Origin: an uncultured Verrucomicrobiae bacterium
GTDB lineage: Bacteria > Verrucomicrobiota > Verrucomicrobiia > Chthoniobacterales > JAFAMB01
Length of the DNA stretch: 64,000 bases
Direction: 5' to 3'
Assembly (NCBI GenBank): GCA_963837955.1
Contig: CAWIPH010000002.1
Span: 3,744,001 to 3,808,000, forward strand
This document shows, one piece after another, positions 47,993-57,619 of the stretch. The number at the start of each line of letters is the position of its first letter. The stretch's first letter is position 1. The notes under the pieces were generated by a model that was not told the origin of the DNA, did no database searches, and saw nothing but the letters and a program-made list of their open reading frames with translations. The position numbers and the translations under genes are program-made.

Positions 47993-49066
47993 ATGACGAA
48001 ATCGATCAAACTCTTTATTCCTGGGCCGGTCGAGGTTTCGGCCAAAACGTTCGCCGCGATGACCACTCCGATGATCGGCCATCGCAGCAATGATTTCAAA
48101 GAGCTCTACCGGGGGATGCACCCAAAACTCCAGCAACTCTTTGAGACCGAGCAACAGGTATATCTTTCGACCTCTTCGGCTTGGGGTGTCATGGAAGGAG
48201 CGATCCGAAATCTGGTCGGCAAAGGCGTCCTCAATTGCATGTGCGGTGCGTTCTCCGACAAATGGTTCGACGTAGCAAAACGCTGCGGAAAATCGGCCAG
48301 CCCTTTGCAGGTTGAGTGGGGCGAACCGATCGATCCTGCAGCGGTTGACCGAGAGCTGGCCACCGGCCGATTTGATGCGATCACCCTGATCCACAACGAG
48401 ACGTCGACCGGCGTCGTCAATCCTTTGCTGGAGATTAGCGAAGTGCTCCGGAAGTATCCCGACGTCGTTTTTATCGTCGACACCGTCTCCTCTTTGTCCG
48501 CTCAACGGATCCCTATGGATGAACTTGGGATCGACCTGCTGCTAACCGGCAGCCAAAAAGCGCTGGCACTACCGCCGGGTTTATCCCTTTTGGCTTGCTC
48601 GGAGAAGGCGCTAGCTCGGGCCGCCACCATTTCGGGCCGCGGCTACTATTTCGACCTGCTCGAATTCAAAAAGAACGCAGACGAATTCATGACGCCGAGC
48701 ACTCCTTCTATCCCGCATCTCTATGCATTACGCTCCAAACTGGAAGACATTTTCGCGGAAGGTCTGCCGGCTCGGTATCAACGCCACCGGGAAAACAACC
48801 AACTCGTCCACCAATGGGTAACGGAAAATGGCTTCGAGTTTTTCGCGAAGGAAGGATTTCGATCAGTCACGCTTACCTGTGTTCGCAATAATCGCGAGAT
48901 CGACCTAGGAAAATTTGTGCAGCGGCTTCGGCAAGAGTTCGGTTTCCAGATTGATGGCGGATACGGCAAGATCAAAGGCAAGACTTTCCGAGTCTCTAAT
49001 ATGGGGGATGAGAATCGGGAGACGTTGGAACCATTACTTGATGCCATGACGCGGTGTCTCGGGTAG
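47993..49066 (+). CDS. Class V PLP aminotransferase (serine-pyruvate/alanine-glyoxylate family)
   Basis: KLFIPGP, MIGHRS, HNETSTG, VDTVSS, TGSQKALALPPG. Confidence 0.95.
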   Translation: MTKSIKLFIPGPVEVSAKTFAAMTTPMIGHRSNDFKELYRGMHPKLQQLFETEQQVYLSTSSAWGVMEGAIRNLVGKGVLNCMCGAFSDKWFDVAKRCGKSASPLQVEWGEPIDPAAVDRELATGRFDAITLIHNETSTGVVNPLLEISEVLRKYPDVVFIVDTVSSLSAQRIPMDELGIDLLLTGSQKALALPPGLSLLACSEKALARAATISGRGYYFDLLEFKKNADEFMTPSTPSIPHLYALRSKLEDIFAEGLPARYQRHRENNQLVHQWVTENGFEFFAKEGFRSVTLTCVRNNREIDLGKFVQRLRQEFGFQIDGGYGKIKGKTFRVSNMGDENRETLEPLLDAMTRCLG

Positions 49067-49240
49067 AGATCTCACGTAAAGACGCGAAGGCGCAAAGGTT
49101 TCAGATTAAGGAAGGAAGTCTGAGCAGAATGGGTTGCGCGTGGGCCTTTCAATTCCTTTTCGTGAAGACATTCTCAAAAACGGCACCCACCAAGTCGTTG
49201 ATAACCTCTAATCCGAACCTTTGCGTCTTGGCGTGAGATC
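49066..49240 (+). mobile_element. MITE-like element copy (right inverted repeat lacks one 9-mer)
   Basis: gagatctcacgtaaagacgcgaaggcgcaaagg ... cctttgcgtcttggcgtgagatc. Confidence 0.82.
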
Positions 49241-49307
49241 GCTCCGGGCGAACGCTCTGCGTGTGGCATCCGAATCAAATCAATTTTCGGGCCCATTCCG
49301 GGCACGG

Positions 49308-49733
49308 CTATTCTTCTTTCGCGGCTTCTCCAGCGCTTACGTAGTCTCCCTCGACATGCACCACTTCGATCAAATTCCGAAACGGATCCCAGGTAAAGAA
49401 ACGGGGTCTCAGCGGTAATGATCGCGCCTCCCGGACTTCATAACCAGCCTTTTTGACCGCAGACCGGTAACGTTCCAAGTCGTCCACCTCGATACAAAAA
49501 TGATGAACAGGATCTTTCGGTGGCAAGCCTGAGTCGGGCACACAATGTAATTCGACACCTTCGGAGCCGGTGTGGAACCAAATCCATCCAAGTGGTTTCG
49601 CAACCTTCGGCACGGGCTTTTCCTTGAAGCCGAGAACATTGATATAAAAGTCGCGTAGCCGACGCTCTTCTCCAGGTGCAAACGTAATGGTTACATGCTG
49701 TAATTTCGGTAACGCCAAACTTGTCGCAGTCAT
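49308..49733 (-). CDS. VOC/glyoxalase family protein
   Basis: LQHVTI, FYINVLGF, HFCIEVDDL, RFFTWDPFRNLIEV. Confidence 0.9.
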   Translation of the reverse strand: MTATSLALPKLQHVTITFAPGEERRLRDFYINVLGFKEKPVPKVAKPLGWIWFHTGSEGVELHCVPDSGLPPKDPVHHFCIEVDDLERYRSAVKKAGYEVREARSLPLRPRFFTWDPFRNLIEVVHVEGDYVSAGEAAKEE

Positions 49734-49786
49734 TTCCTAACCTGCGACGAAGCCGGAGCTCCGCAAGTCTTGCTTACCACACCGGA

Positions 49787-49971
49787 GAGATCTCACGCAA
49801 AGACGCCAAGACGCAAAGGTTTCAGACTAAGGAAGAAGTCTGAGCAGAATGGGGCTGCGAGTGGGCTTCCCGATCCCTTTGGTGAAGACATTCTCAAAAA
49901 CGGCGCCCCACCAAGGCATCGATAGTCTCTAATCCGAACCCTTTGCGTCTTGGCGTCTTTGCGTGAGATCT
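49787..49971 (+). mobile_element. Complete 185-bp MITE-like element with ~32-bp terminal inverted repeats
   Basis: agatctcacgcaaagacgccaagacgcaaagg ... cctttgcgtcttggcgtctttgcgtgagatct. Confidence 0.85.
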
Positions 49972-50997
49972 TTACGAAGTAACCACCGGTTTGCCGCGAA
50001 ACCGGCTTACTGTTTCCGGTTGGGCGACTCTGCAGCTCGTTGGTGGTAAGCCGCGGAGCAACAGCTCCACATCGCTTACCACCATCTTCCCGATCTCCAA
50101 GAATGCTTCGGGCATCCCCCCCGCTCGATGAGCCGAGAGCAACACGTTCGGAAGATCCCGGATCGGATGATCCTTCGAAAACGGTTCATCCGGAAAGACA
50201 TCCGTTGCGACTCGGAGACGGCCAGACTGCGCAGCAACCGTTAAGGCATCGAAATCGACGACGCCAGCCCGGCTCATCAACACAAAGATTCCGCCCGGCT
50301 TGATTAACTGAAACTCTCTTTGGCCCAAGAACCCCTGGTTCTCTGTGGTGACACTCGCGAACACAAAAATCGCGTCCGAGGTCGAAAGCACTTCGTCCAG
50401 ACTGGCCGGCGTACATTCGTGCTGTAAGATTTCGCGGGCTGGCAACCATGGATCGTACACTTTCACCGAGCACCGAAATGGCCAGATTAACGGGCGAAAG
50501 GCGCGCGCTAGATCGCCGAAGCCGATGATGCCGGCCCGGCAACCGGTAAAGAGCGAGAAACCTTGATTGCTGGTGAGACCGTAGGTCTCTCGACGTTCGC
50601 GCATCATCCGGTCGTTCTGACTCACTCCTCGAGCCAGATCCAAGGCAAACGCCAAGGCCATCTCGGCAACCGAGACGGCAAATGCCGGGCTAGCTATCAG
50701 CACCCGAATACCCCGTTCGAAGCAATATTGATAATCGATGTTCGGAAGAAAATTACCTTCGACGTTAAAAATTGCTCGCAACTTCCTTGCTCGTTCCAAC
50801 CTTTCCCGGGGCAGATCGCTCTGGCCGATCAGGATCTCGGCGTTCGGTAATGCCTCGTCCAGCATAGCTACCGGCATCGGACCGCTATCGAAGATGGTGA
50901 GTTCCGCGACGTCCGATAGACGGTGCTGCGCTTCGGCATCGAAGATCATCTCCATCGTACGCGGCTGTGGATCGATTAAGACATTTGGTTTGCTCAT
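49972..50997 (-). CDS. D-2-hydroxyacid dehydrogenase family protein
   Basis: GIIGFGDLA, YDPW, MSRAGVVD, ATDVFPDEP, LSAHRAG. Confidence 0.92.
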   Translation of the reverse strand: MSKPNVLIDPQPRTMEMIFDAEAQHRLSDVAELTIFDSGPMPVAMLDEALPNAEILIGQSDLPRERLERARKLRAIFNVEGNFLPNIDYQYCFERGIRVLIASPAFAVSVAEMALAFALDLARGVSQNDRMMRERRETYGLTSNQGFSLFTGCRAGIIGFGDLARAFRPLIWPFRCSVKVYDPWLPAREILQHECTPASLDEVLSTSDAIFVFASVTTENQGFLGQREFQLIKPGGIFVLMSRAGVVDFDALTVAAQSGRLRVATDVFPDEPFSKDHPIRDLPNVLLSAHRAGGMPEAFLEIGKMVVSDVELLLRGLPPTSCRVAQPETVSRFRGKPVVTS

Positions 50998-51080
50998 AGC
51001 CGGAATTCAGCGGCGACGCGTTCGACGAAGCCTGTGGCGATAATTCGAATTATCGGTGAAGGGATTCGCGAGTCGGAAGC

Positions 51081-51370
51081 CGCGATTCAAGATAGCCTAG
51101 AGGGCGAAGCCCTAGGAACATAAATAAAGGAGAGATTTAGCGCTGTCGGACTCGCTCCATCAAAATTGATGAGCGCGTTTTCAGCGGCGAAGCTGCGACT
51201 CAGGATAGCCTAGAGGGCAGCGCCCTAGGAATTCGGATCCCCAACGCCGTACGCGCTGAAGGCGCGTCTCAACGTGGTCTGGAGCGATGTGCTCTCACGC
51301 GCTTTCAGCGCTAAGCCTCTTTTGTATTCTTGTTCCAAGGGCTTCGCCCTCTAGGCTATCTTGAAACGCG
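51081..51370. repeat. Nested palindromic element with 40-bp inverted ends (GATAGCCTAGAGGGCGAAGCCCTAGG family)
   Basis: 51081-51120 and 51331-51370 match as inverted repeats at 38/40; third internal unit at 51204-51231. Confidence 0.85.
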
Positions 51371-51641
51371 TCCTTGGCGCTCTTCCAGCTCCTAAATTTC
51401 CGTCTCACGGCGCACGAAAATATCGAAGTGCCGAGCGAACGTGAGCCGCCCTACGCCCAGGACTTCACCATTATTTCTGAGCTGCCGGCTCATATAAATT
51501 TTCGCCCTGCCGATCGTGCGCGAGATCTACGCCGCACGCCCGGCTCACAGATCCTGCATTCGCCGGGCGGTCGGGTTTCGCCCTAGCGCGACGCTCATAG
51601 CGTTGACGGATGACTGCGCTCGATGTCTGATATGGTGAAAT

Positions 51642-52616
51642 ATGGCGCGGGTCGATGAATTGCGATTAATGGCCAAAATCGCTATGCTGTACTACGAACG
51701 GGGCCTCAAACAGAGTCAGATCGCTCAACAACTCGAAATCTCCCAGGCAACGATTTCGCGTCTCTTAAAGCGCGCTGAGGAGGAGCAGATCGTCCGGATC
51801 AATGTGCGTGTTCCAGTGGGCGCTTTCCCAGATCTGGAAGATCAGGTCGAGAAAATATACGAAATTAAGGAGGCCGTCGTGGTTGATTGTTTAAGTGACG
51901 ACGATCAAATCCTACGAGATTTGGGTGCCGCCGCGGCATTCTATCTCGAGACGACGCTTAAGTCGGGAGAAGTTCTTGGGATATCTTCTTGGAGTTCGAC
52001 ACTGCTCGCGATGGTTGATGCGATGGACCCTTTCCCTCGGCATTTCCAGGCTCAGGTCATTCAGATTTTGGGGGGCAGCGGTAACCCTGGGGCCGCCCAT
52101 CACGCGGTCCAACTCGTTCGTCGCCTGGCGAACCTAGTTAACGGCGCAGGTCATTTTCTCCCGGCTCCGGGAGTGACTGGTTCACCCGAAGCGCAACGAG
52201 CTTTTCTCGAAGACGCCTACGTAAAGGATGCCCTGGGTCGCTTCAGCGATGTTACACTGGCTCTGGTCGGAATCGGCTCAGTCGACCCATCGCAGCTGCT
52301 CGCGTTAAGCGGCAATGTTTTTTCGCCGGAGGAACTCGACCAATTGCGCCAGTTGGGTGCGGTGGGTGATGTCTGTCTTCGCTTTTTTGACGTGAACGGT
52401 AACCCGATCGAGAATTCACTCGATAAGCGGGTAATCGGGATGCAGTTGGAACAACTCCGCAAAGTCGAGCGGTCTGTCGGGATCGCCGGCGGTAAACGAA
52501 AATTCGAGGCAATCCGCGGGGCTCTCCGAGGCAAATTAATCAACGTGCTCATCACCGATCGCCGGACGGCCGAGCGGCTGGTCGAAAATGGGAACGCGGA
52601 GTCGAGCGAAGCTTGA
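51642..52616 (+). CDS. SorC/DeoR-family sugar-binding transcriptional regulator
   Basis: IAMLYYERGLKQSQIAQQLEISQATISRLL HTH; LVGIG, GAVGDV..RFFD..G, IAGG.RK, VLITD. Confidence 0.95.
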   Translation: MARVDELRLMAKIAMLYYERGLKQSQIAQQLEISQATISRLLKRAEEEQIVRINVRVPVGAFPDLEDQVEKIYEIKEAVVVDCLSDDDQILRDLGAAAAFYLETTLKSGEVLGISSWSSTLLAMVDAMDPFPRHFQAQVIQILGGSGNPGAAHHAVQLVRRLANLVNGAGHFLPAPGVTGSPEAQRAFLEDAYVKDALGRFSDVTLALVGIGSVDPSQLLALSGNVFSPEELDQLRQLGAVGDVCLRFFDVNGNPIENSLDKRVIGMQLEQLRKVERSVGIAGGKRKFEAIRGALRGKLINVLITDRRTAERLVENGNAESSEA

Positions 52617-52631
52617 CCGCAAGCATCAGAA

Positions 52632-53339
52632 ATGCCAAGTCGCGCGCCGGCCGCACGTCCAAGGAAACAGTACAAACAGCGCTTCTTCGAGAAGGTCATG
52701 GCCACGGCGCCGCGCGCTGTCCTCGAAATCGGCTGTGGACGAGGCGTCTTTCTGAAGGATGCAGCCAAGCGCGGATGCAGAGTCGCCGGCATCGAAGTAA
52801 ACGAAGATCTCCTGGCTGAACTCCGGGAGGCCGGTATCGAAGCGCAGCTCGGGCGCGCAGAGAAGTTACCTTTTAAGAATGGAGACTTCGACGCTGTGGT
52901 TTTCCAGTATGTTCTGCACCATTGTGAAAACCTCGCCCAAGCTTTAGCAGAGGCCGTTCGGGTCGCTCAGAGCAGCGTGTTCGTCCTAGAGGCCTGGTAC
53001 GATCAGTCTATTGCGTCTCAACGCGTAGCTTTAAGCTACGACCTGTGGTCAAAGACGATCGACCGTCGGACTGGAATTGTGAACAACGAATTTCCGAGTG
53101 CGTCCGACCTGCTATCATACTTGCCGAATCTCGATGAATTCTTCCTCGAATACTCGTATCACCTTATCCTCCAACCGGTGCAATTAGAGGCGGTTCGGGC
53201 TGCGGGCGAAGCACAACTTGCTAAGATCGGCCACGATCTTACCCTTCGTGGCCAACTTGAAGCCATTCTTGAGGAAGCGAGACAAGTCGGATTCAGCGAT
53301 GACGGCGCACTATCAATGGCGATCCGGAAAAGACCATGA
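52632..53339 (+). CDS. Class I SAM-dependent methyltransferase
   Basis: VLEIGCGRG, AEKLPF..FDAVV..YVLHH, AL.EA.RV. Confidence 0.88.
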   Translation: MPSRAPAARPRKQYKQRFFEKVMATAPRAVLEIGCGRGVFLKDAAKRGCRVAGIEVNEDLLAELREAGIEAQLGRAEKLPFKNGDFDAVVFQYVLHHCENLAQALAEAVRVAQSSVFVLEAWYDQSIASQRVALSYDLWSKTIDRRTGIVNNEFPSASDLLSYLPNLDEFFLEYSYHLILQPVQLEAVRAAGEAQLAKIGHDLTLRGQLEAILEEARQVGFSDDGALSMAIRKRP

Positions 53340-53385
53340 GCGAGTCGACAAGCCATTGAATGAAGCAACGCCCACGCCCCGATCC

Positions 53386-53508
53386 GGAGAGGAGCCGCTT
53401 CCGACGGCCGGGAATAATCCTAACACGCACCGAGCGATCGAGACCAGACATCCACCGGTGTTTGCTTTGCGCTGGATTGTTCCCGGGAGCCGCGAGCGGC
53501 TCCCCTCC
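53386..53508. repeat. GGAG-type REP doublet
   Basis: ggagaggagccgct..cgggaa ... ttcccgggagccgcgagcggctcccctcc between convergent genes. Confidence 0.6.
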
Positions 53509-53524
53509 GAGTCAGGGAGCCCTA

Positions 53525-54973
53525 TCAGCACCGCGATTTTGCCACTGCCGTTTGCCAGCCTTCATAAAGATCTGCCCGTCGTTGCGCAGCCATCTTTGGC
53601 TCGAACCGATCGAATTCGCGCGGTAAGCCGGCTATCTCATCTACTCCCGACCAAACACCCGCGGCCAGGCCGGCCAAAAACGCAGCCCCAAGCGCCGAAA
53701 CATCTGGTGAGGTGTTTCGCAATACCGGGCAGCCCAAAATATCAGCCTGAAACTGCATGAGCTGATCATTGCGGGTGGCTCCGCCGTCCGCTAACAGAGC
53801 TTCCAACGTTCTTCCCGACTCGGCCTGCATCAGGTCGAATACATCTCGAATCTGATAGGCGATTGAATCGATGACTGCTCGAGCAACCTGTCTGCTAGTC
53901 GTACCACGAGTGACTCCGCAAATAATTCCCCGAGCCGCCTCATCCCAATACGGTGCACCTAAACCAACAAACGCCGGCACTACATAGACACCTTCCGTAT
54001 CCGTTACTGACCGCGCTAGTTCGGCGACTCGATCGGCTGGGTTTTCTGCGCCGAGGAATTGGCCAAACCACTGAACTGCTGCCCCAGTCACCGAAATATT
54101 GCCTTCGAGTGCGTAAGTGATGGTCTTCAACCCCCAGGCAATCGTCGAGGATATCCCCCGATCGGATATGAGCGGCTGGTGTGTCGGGGTCATCAGTGAA
54201 GAACCGGTTCCGTAAGTGGCCTTGATCGATCCAGGAAGAAATCCGCGCTGTCCGAAAAGGGCGGCATGTGAATCACCAATCAGACTGCCGATCGGAAACT
54301 TCCATTGGGTTTCACCGATGATCTCCGATGAGTGATGAATATCTGGGAGACATTCGCGCGGGACCTCGAAAAGTTCTAGCAGCTCATCGTCCCATTGGGC
54401 AGTCCGAAGATTGAGCAATTGCGTTCGAGCCGCGTTGCTCACGTCAGTAGCATGCACCGCACCGCCGGTTAACTTCCAAAGCAGCCAGCTATCGACATTG
54501 CCAATACAAACTCGCTCTCCGCTGATACCCTTTTTTTCAGCCTCCTTCAGCAACCATCGCGCTTTGGTTGCCGAGAATAATGGATCGATAGTTAATCCGG
54601 TCCGCTCGAGTAGAAACCGTTCCAGTCCCCGATCCCGTAACTCGTGACAAAACTCGGCCGTTCGCCGGCATTGCCATACCACTGCCGGCCCGAGCGGTTC
54701 GCCAGTTTGCCGATCCCAAATCAGCACGGTCTCACGCTGATTTGAGATGCCCAACACCTTTGGTATTTCCGGCGAGATCTGTTGCAGACAGGAATCGATG
54801 ACTGATTCCACCCCTTGCCAGATCGCTATCGGGTTCTGCTCAACCCAGGCGGGCTTGGGAAAGCTGATTTCGACGGGCACCGAGGCGCGGGCAAGAATTT
54901 TGCCACCGCGATCAACAACGATCGCCTTGGTATTTGTGGTGCCTTGGTCAATTGCTAGGACTAGGTCAGGCAT
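53525..54973 (-). CDS. FGGY carbohydrate kinase (glycerol kinase-like; possible apulose kinase)
   Basis: LAIDQGTTN, GISNQRET, WQCRRT, TDVSNAART, KATYGTG, YALEG, ADGG. Confidence 0.92.
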   Translation of the reverse strand: MPDLVLAIDQGTTNTKAIVVDRGGKILARASVPVEISFPKPAWVEQNPIAIWQGVESVIDSCLQQISPEIPKVLGISNQRETVLIWDRQTGEPLGPAVVWQCRRTAEFCHELRDRGLERFLLERTGLTIDPLFSATKARWLLKEAEKKGISGERVCIGNVDSWLLWKLTGGAVHATDVSNAARTQLLNLRTAQWDDELLELFEVPRECLPDIHHSSEIIGETQWKFPIGSLIGDSHAALFGQRGFLPGSIKATYGTGSSLMTPTHQPLISDRGISSTIAWGLKTITYALEGNISVTGAAVQWFGQFLGAENPADRVAELARSVTDTEGVYVVPAFVGLGAPYWDEAARGIICGVTRGTTSRQVARAVIDSIAYQIRDVFDLMQAESGRTLEALLADGGATRNDQLMQFQADILGCPVLRNTSPDVSALGAAFLAGLAAGVWSGVDEIAGLPREFDRFEPKMAAQRRADLYEGWQTAVAKSRC

Positions 54974-55046
54974 GGAAGACGGAATTTGGAATACAGAATA
55001 CCGAAGCTAAGAGCCCATAACCGTTATTCGAACAACTGGAAAGATC

Positions 55047-55270
55047 GGTAGGGACCGGCTCCCGACTACGCGAAACGCTTCGTCGCGGCCGTTCTATGGT
55101 GTTTCTCAAACTCAACGCTAGGGCGCGCCGTAGCTTGCGAAGGAGGCCCGTCGGTCCTCACCAGCGTTGTCCCCCTCGCCAGAAGCATTTTGAAAGGATC
55201 TTTCTGCTATGTTTCCCAGAATCGTCACGGACGAGATAAAAACACGTACGGGCGGGAGCCCGTCCCTACC
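55047..55270. repeat. GGTAGGG..CCCTACC REP-like cluster
   Basis: ggtagggaccggctcccgactacgc ... gggcgggagcccgtccctacc; fragment ggtagggctcccgactacgc also at ~24087. Confidence 0.55.
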
Positions 55271-55288
55271 GTTTCGGTCAGAGGATAT

Positions 55289-56065
55289 TCACCAGCAGAC
55301 AAACCCGCCATCGACAATCAAATCCACACCCGTACAAAATGAAGCGGCTCGGCTGAGCAAGAAAACGGCTGGTCCAACGATTTCATCAACGGTCGCCATC
55401 CGGCCCAGCGGGGTATCTGCTTCAAATTGCTTGCGCTGTTCCGCCACCTCCGGCCTTATATTCATCGGTGTAAGCGTGTAACCGGGACTGATCGAGTTAA
55501 CTCGCACGCCGCGGTCGACCCATTCCATGGCCAGACTCTTCGTGAGATGCATCACGCCGGCTTTCGAAGTGTTGTAGTGCGCCTGTAAGATTCCTCGATT
55601 GACGATGCTTCCGGACATGGACGCTATATTAACGATCGAGCCCTCCCGGCGCGGCAGCATGACCTTGCTCTCGGCTTGGCATGATAGAAATACACCGGTA
55701 AGATTCACGTCGAGCATTCGTTGCCACTGAGCCAAGGGCATTTCTTCCGCTGCCGCAGCGTTGGCGATACCGGCACAGTTCACGGCAAGCGTTAACGGGC
55801 CAAGATTGCGCTCGACGACTTCGACCGCAGCGATAAGGTCGGCGCCCTGTGTAACATCTCCGGTTACAGAAATGACTTTTCTCCCGAAGGCATGTATCTG
55901 TTCCAACGTGGCCTTTAACCCGCTGCTGGAAGGCAAATCGAAACATGCGACCGAAGCGCCAGCTTCGGCTAACCCGATGGCGATCCGCTGACCGATGCCG
56001 CTACCGGCTCCAGTTACGAATGCGGTCTTCCCCTCTAAACTAAATAGGTTCAAATCTAAGCTCAT
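55289..56065 (-). CDS. SDR family oxidoreductase (polyol/ketose dehydrogenase-like)
   Basis: TGAGSGIG, VNCAGI, IVNIASMSG, YNTSK catalytic motif, VNSISPG, VDGG. Confidence 0.94.
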   Translation of the reverse strand: MSLDLNLFSLEGKTAFVTGAGSGIGQRIAIGLAEAGASVACFDLPSSSGLKATLEQIHAFGRKVISVTGDVTQGADLIAAVEVVERNLGPLTLAVNCAGIANAAAAEEMPLAQWQRMLDVNLTGVFLSCQAESKVMLPRREGSIVNIASMSGSIVNRGILQAHYNTSKAGVMHLTKSLAMEWVDRGVRVNSISPGYTLTPMNIRPEVAEQRKQFEADTPLGRMATVDEIVGPAVFLLSRAASFCTGVDLIVDGGFVCW

Positions 56066-56086
56066 ATGTCCTCCGCAAATCGCGGC

Positions 56087-57598
56087 TTAAGCTGTGGCCA
56101 GGTGCATAATTGCAACATTGGTCGCCTCAGCCGACTCGAGAATACCTTTTTGCCGGCCCCGGCTCAGAACAAGTACGCGGTGAGCCAGTCCAATAACTTC
56201 TTCCAAATCAGAGCTAACGACTACCACAGCCATTCCAGCCCTCGCCAAACCTGCAATGGTCTCGTAGATGGCAGCGCGTGCACCCATATCGATGCCACGG
56301 GTTGGTTCATCCAGGATAAACACTTTCGGCGACCGCGAAATCCAGCGGGCGATGACAACTTTTTGCTGATTACCACCCGACAGTGACCGCACCGATTGAC
56401 CTCCCTGCCCTTTTACTCCGAGCTTTTGAATCGCGCGGGTCGCGAAATTCCTGACCTCAGCTGGAGAAATCCAACCGCTGTGCATCAGGAGGTCAAAGTT
56501 CCCGAGCGCAAGATTGCTCGCTACGGTGTGACTCAGCACCAGCCCCTGCGCTTTTCGGTCCTCGGGCACAAGCACTAGTCCCGCTTTAATCGCCTCGCTG
56601 GGGCTAGCCAACCGAAGCCGTTTGCCGGCGACTGTCACACTGCCCGCCTCAACGGGGTCAACGCCGGCAATGCCTCTTACCAACTCTGTTCGGCCGGCGC
56701 CGACAATTCCTGCGATACCAAAGACCTCACCGGCGCGAACTGAAAAACTGACGTTGTGAAACGCACCGTTATCGCCGCTCAGCCCCTCGACCTTCAGGAC
56801 GTCTCGCCCGCTGGGCGGTTCGATCCCCGGGAAGATCCGGTCAACGCTGCGGCCGACCATGTTTTCGAGTAATAATCGCACCGGGACCTGGGCGGTCGGA
56901 TGCTCGGCCACCAGACGCCCATCGCGCAAGACGGTTACTCGGTCAGCGATTCGGGCGATCTCATCCAAACGATGGCTGATGTAAATAAAACTAACCCCTT
57001 GTTTTCGAAGCTGGTCGATCTGGCTGAAAAGCCGTTCCGTTTCTTCTCCCCCGAGTGCGGCGGTTGGTTCATCCAGAATAAGAAGCTTGGCATTGCGGGT
57101 GAGAGCCTTCGCTATCTCCACCAATTGCTGCGCTGCAACCCGCAACGTCCGCACAAGCCGGGTTGGGGCCAGGTCTAGACCTAACCGGCGGAGCTGCTCG
57201 GCTGCCCTTCGATTCATCTCTTCCCGATCGATGAAAAGTCCCTTCCGAGGGAGGTGGCCTACGAAGATATTCTCGGCGATACTCAGATCGGGCAACAGGC
57301 GCAGTTCCTGGTGAATCAAGCCGACGCCTGAGTGCAGGGCGTCTCCGGGAGAAGCCGGCGCGTAAGGGCGGTTTTCAAACATCATGTAGCCGTTATCGGG
57401 CTGGACAAGGCCGGCAATGATCGCGGAGAGAGTCGATTTACCGGCGCCGTTTTCACCGATAACGGCAGATACCTCGCCCGGGTAAACCGCGAGATCGATG
57501 TCGGACAAAACCTGGTGACCGGCAAAGCTCTTGCCCACGCCGCGAACCAAAAGTCGCGCCGATAGGTCACTGCTCGGAGTCACCGGATTGTCCGACAC
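56087..57598 (-). CDS. Sugar ABC transporter ATP-binding protein (RbsA-like)
   Basis: GENGAGKST, LDEPT, VPEDRK, LSGGNQQK. Confidence 0.96.
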   Translation of the reverse strand: MSDNPVTPSSDLSARLLVRGVGKSFAGHQVLSDIDLAVYPGEVSAVIGENGAGKSTLSAIIAGLVQPDNGYMMFENRPYAPASPGDALHSGVGLIHQELRLLPDLSIAENIFVGHLPRKGLFIDREEMNRRAAEQLRRLGLDLAPTRLVRTLRVAAQQLVEIAKALTRNAKLLILDEPTAALGGEETERLFSQIDQLRKQGVSFIYISHRLDEIARIADRVTVLRDGRLVAEHPTAQVPVRLLLENMVGRSVDRIFPGIEPPSGRDVLKVEGLSGDNGAFHNVSFSVRAGEVFGIAGIVGAGRTELVRGIAGVDPVEAGSVTVAGKRLRLASPSEAIKAGLVLVPEDRKAQGLVLSHTVASNLALGNFDLLMHSGWISPAEVRNFATRAIQKLGVKGQGGQSVRSLSGGNQQKVVIARWISRSPKVFILDEPTRGIDMGARAAIYETIAGLARAGMAVVVVSSDLEEVIGLAHRVLVLSRGRQKGILESAEATNVAIMHLATA

Positions 57599-57619
57599 TG
57601 GATGTTAGCAATTACTCTC

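Noticed and set aside
54976..55006. Heptamer run (ggaattt ggaatac agaatac)
   Set aside because: Only three to four degenerate units; too short to call separately
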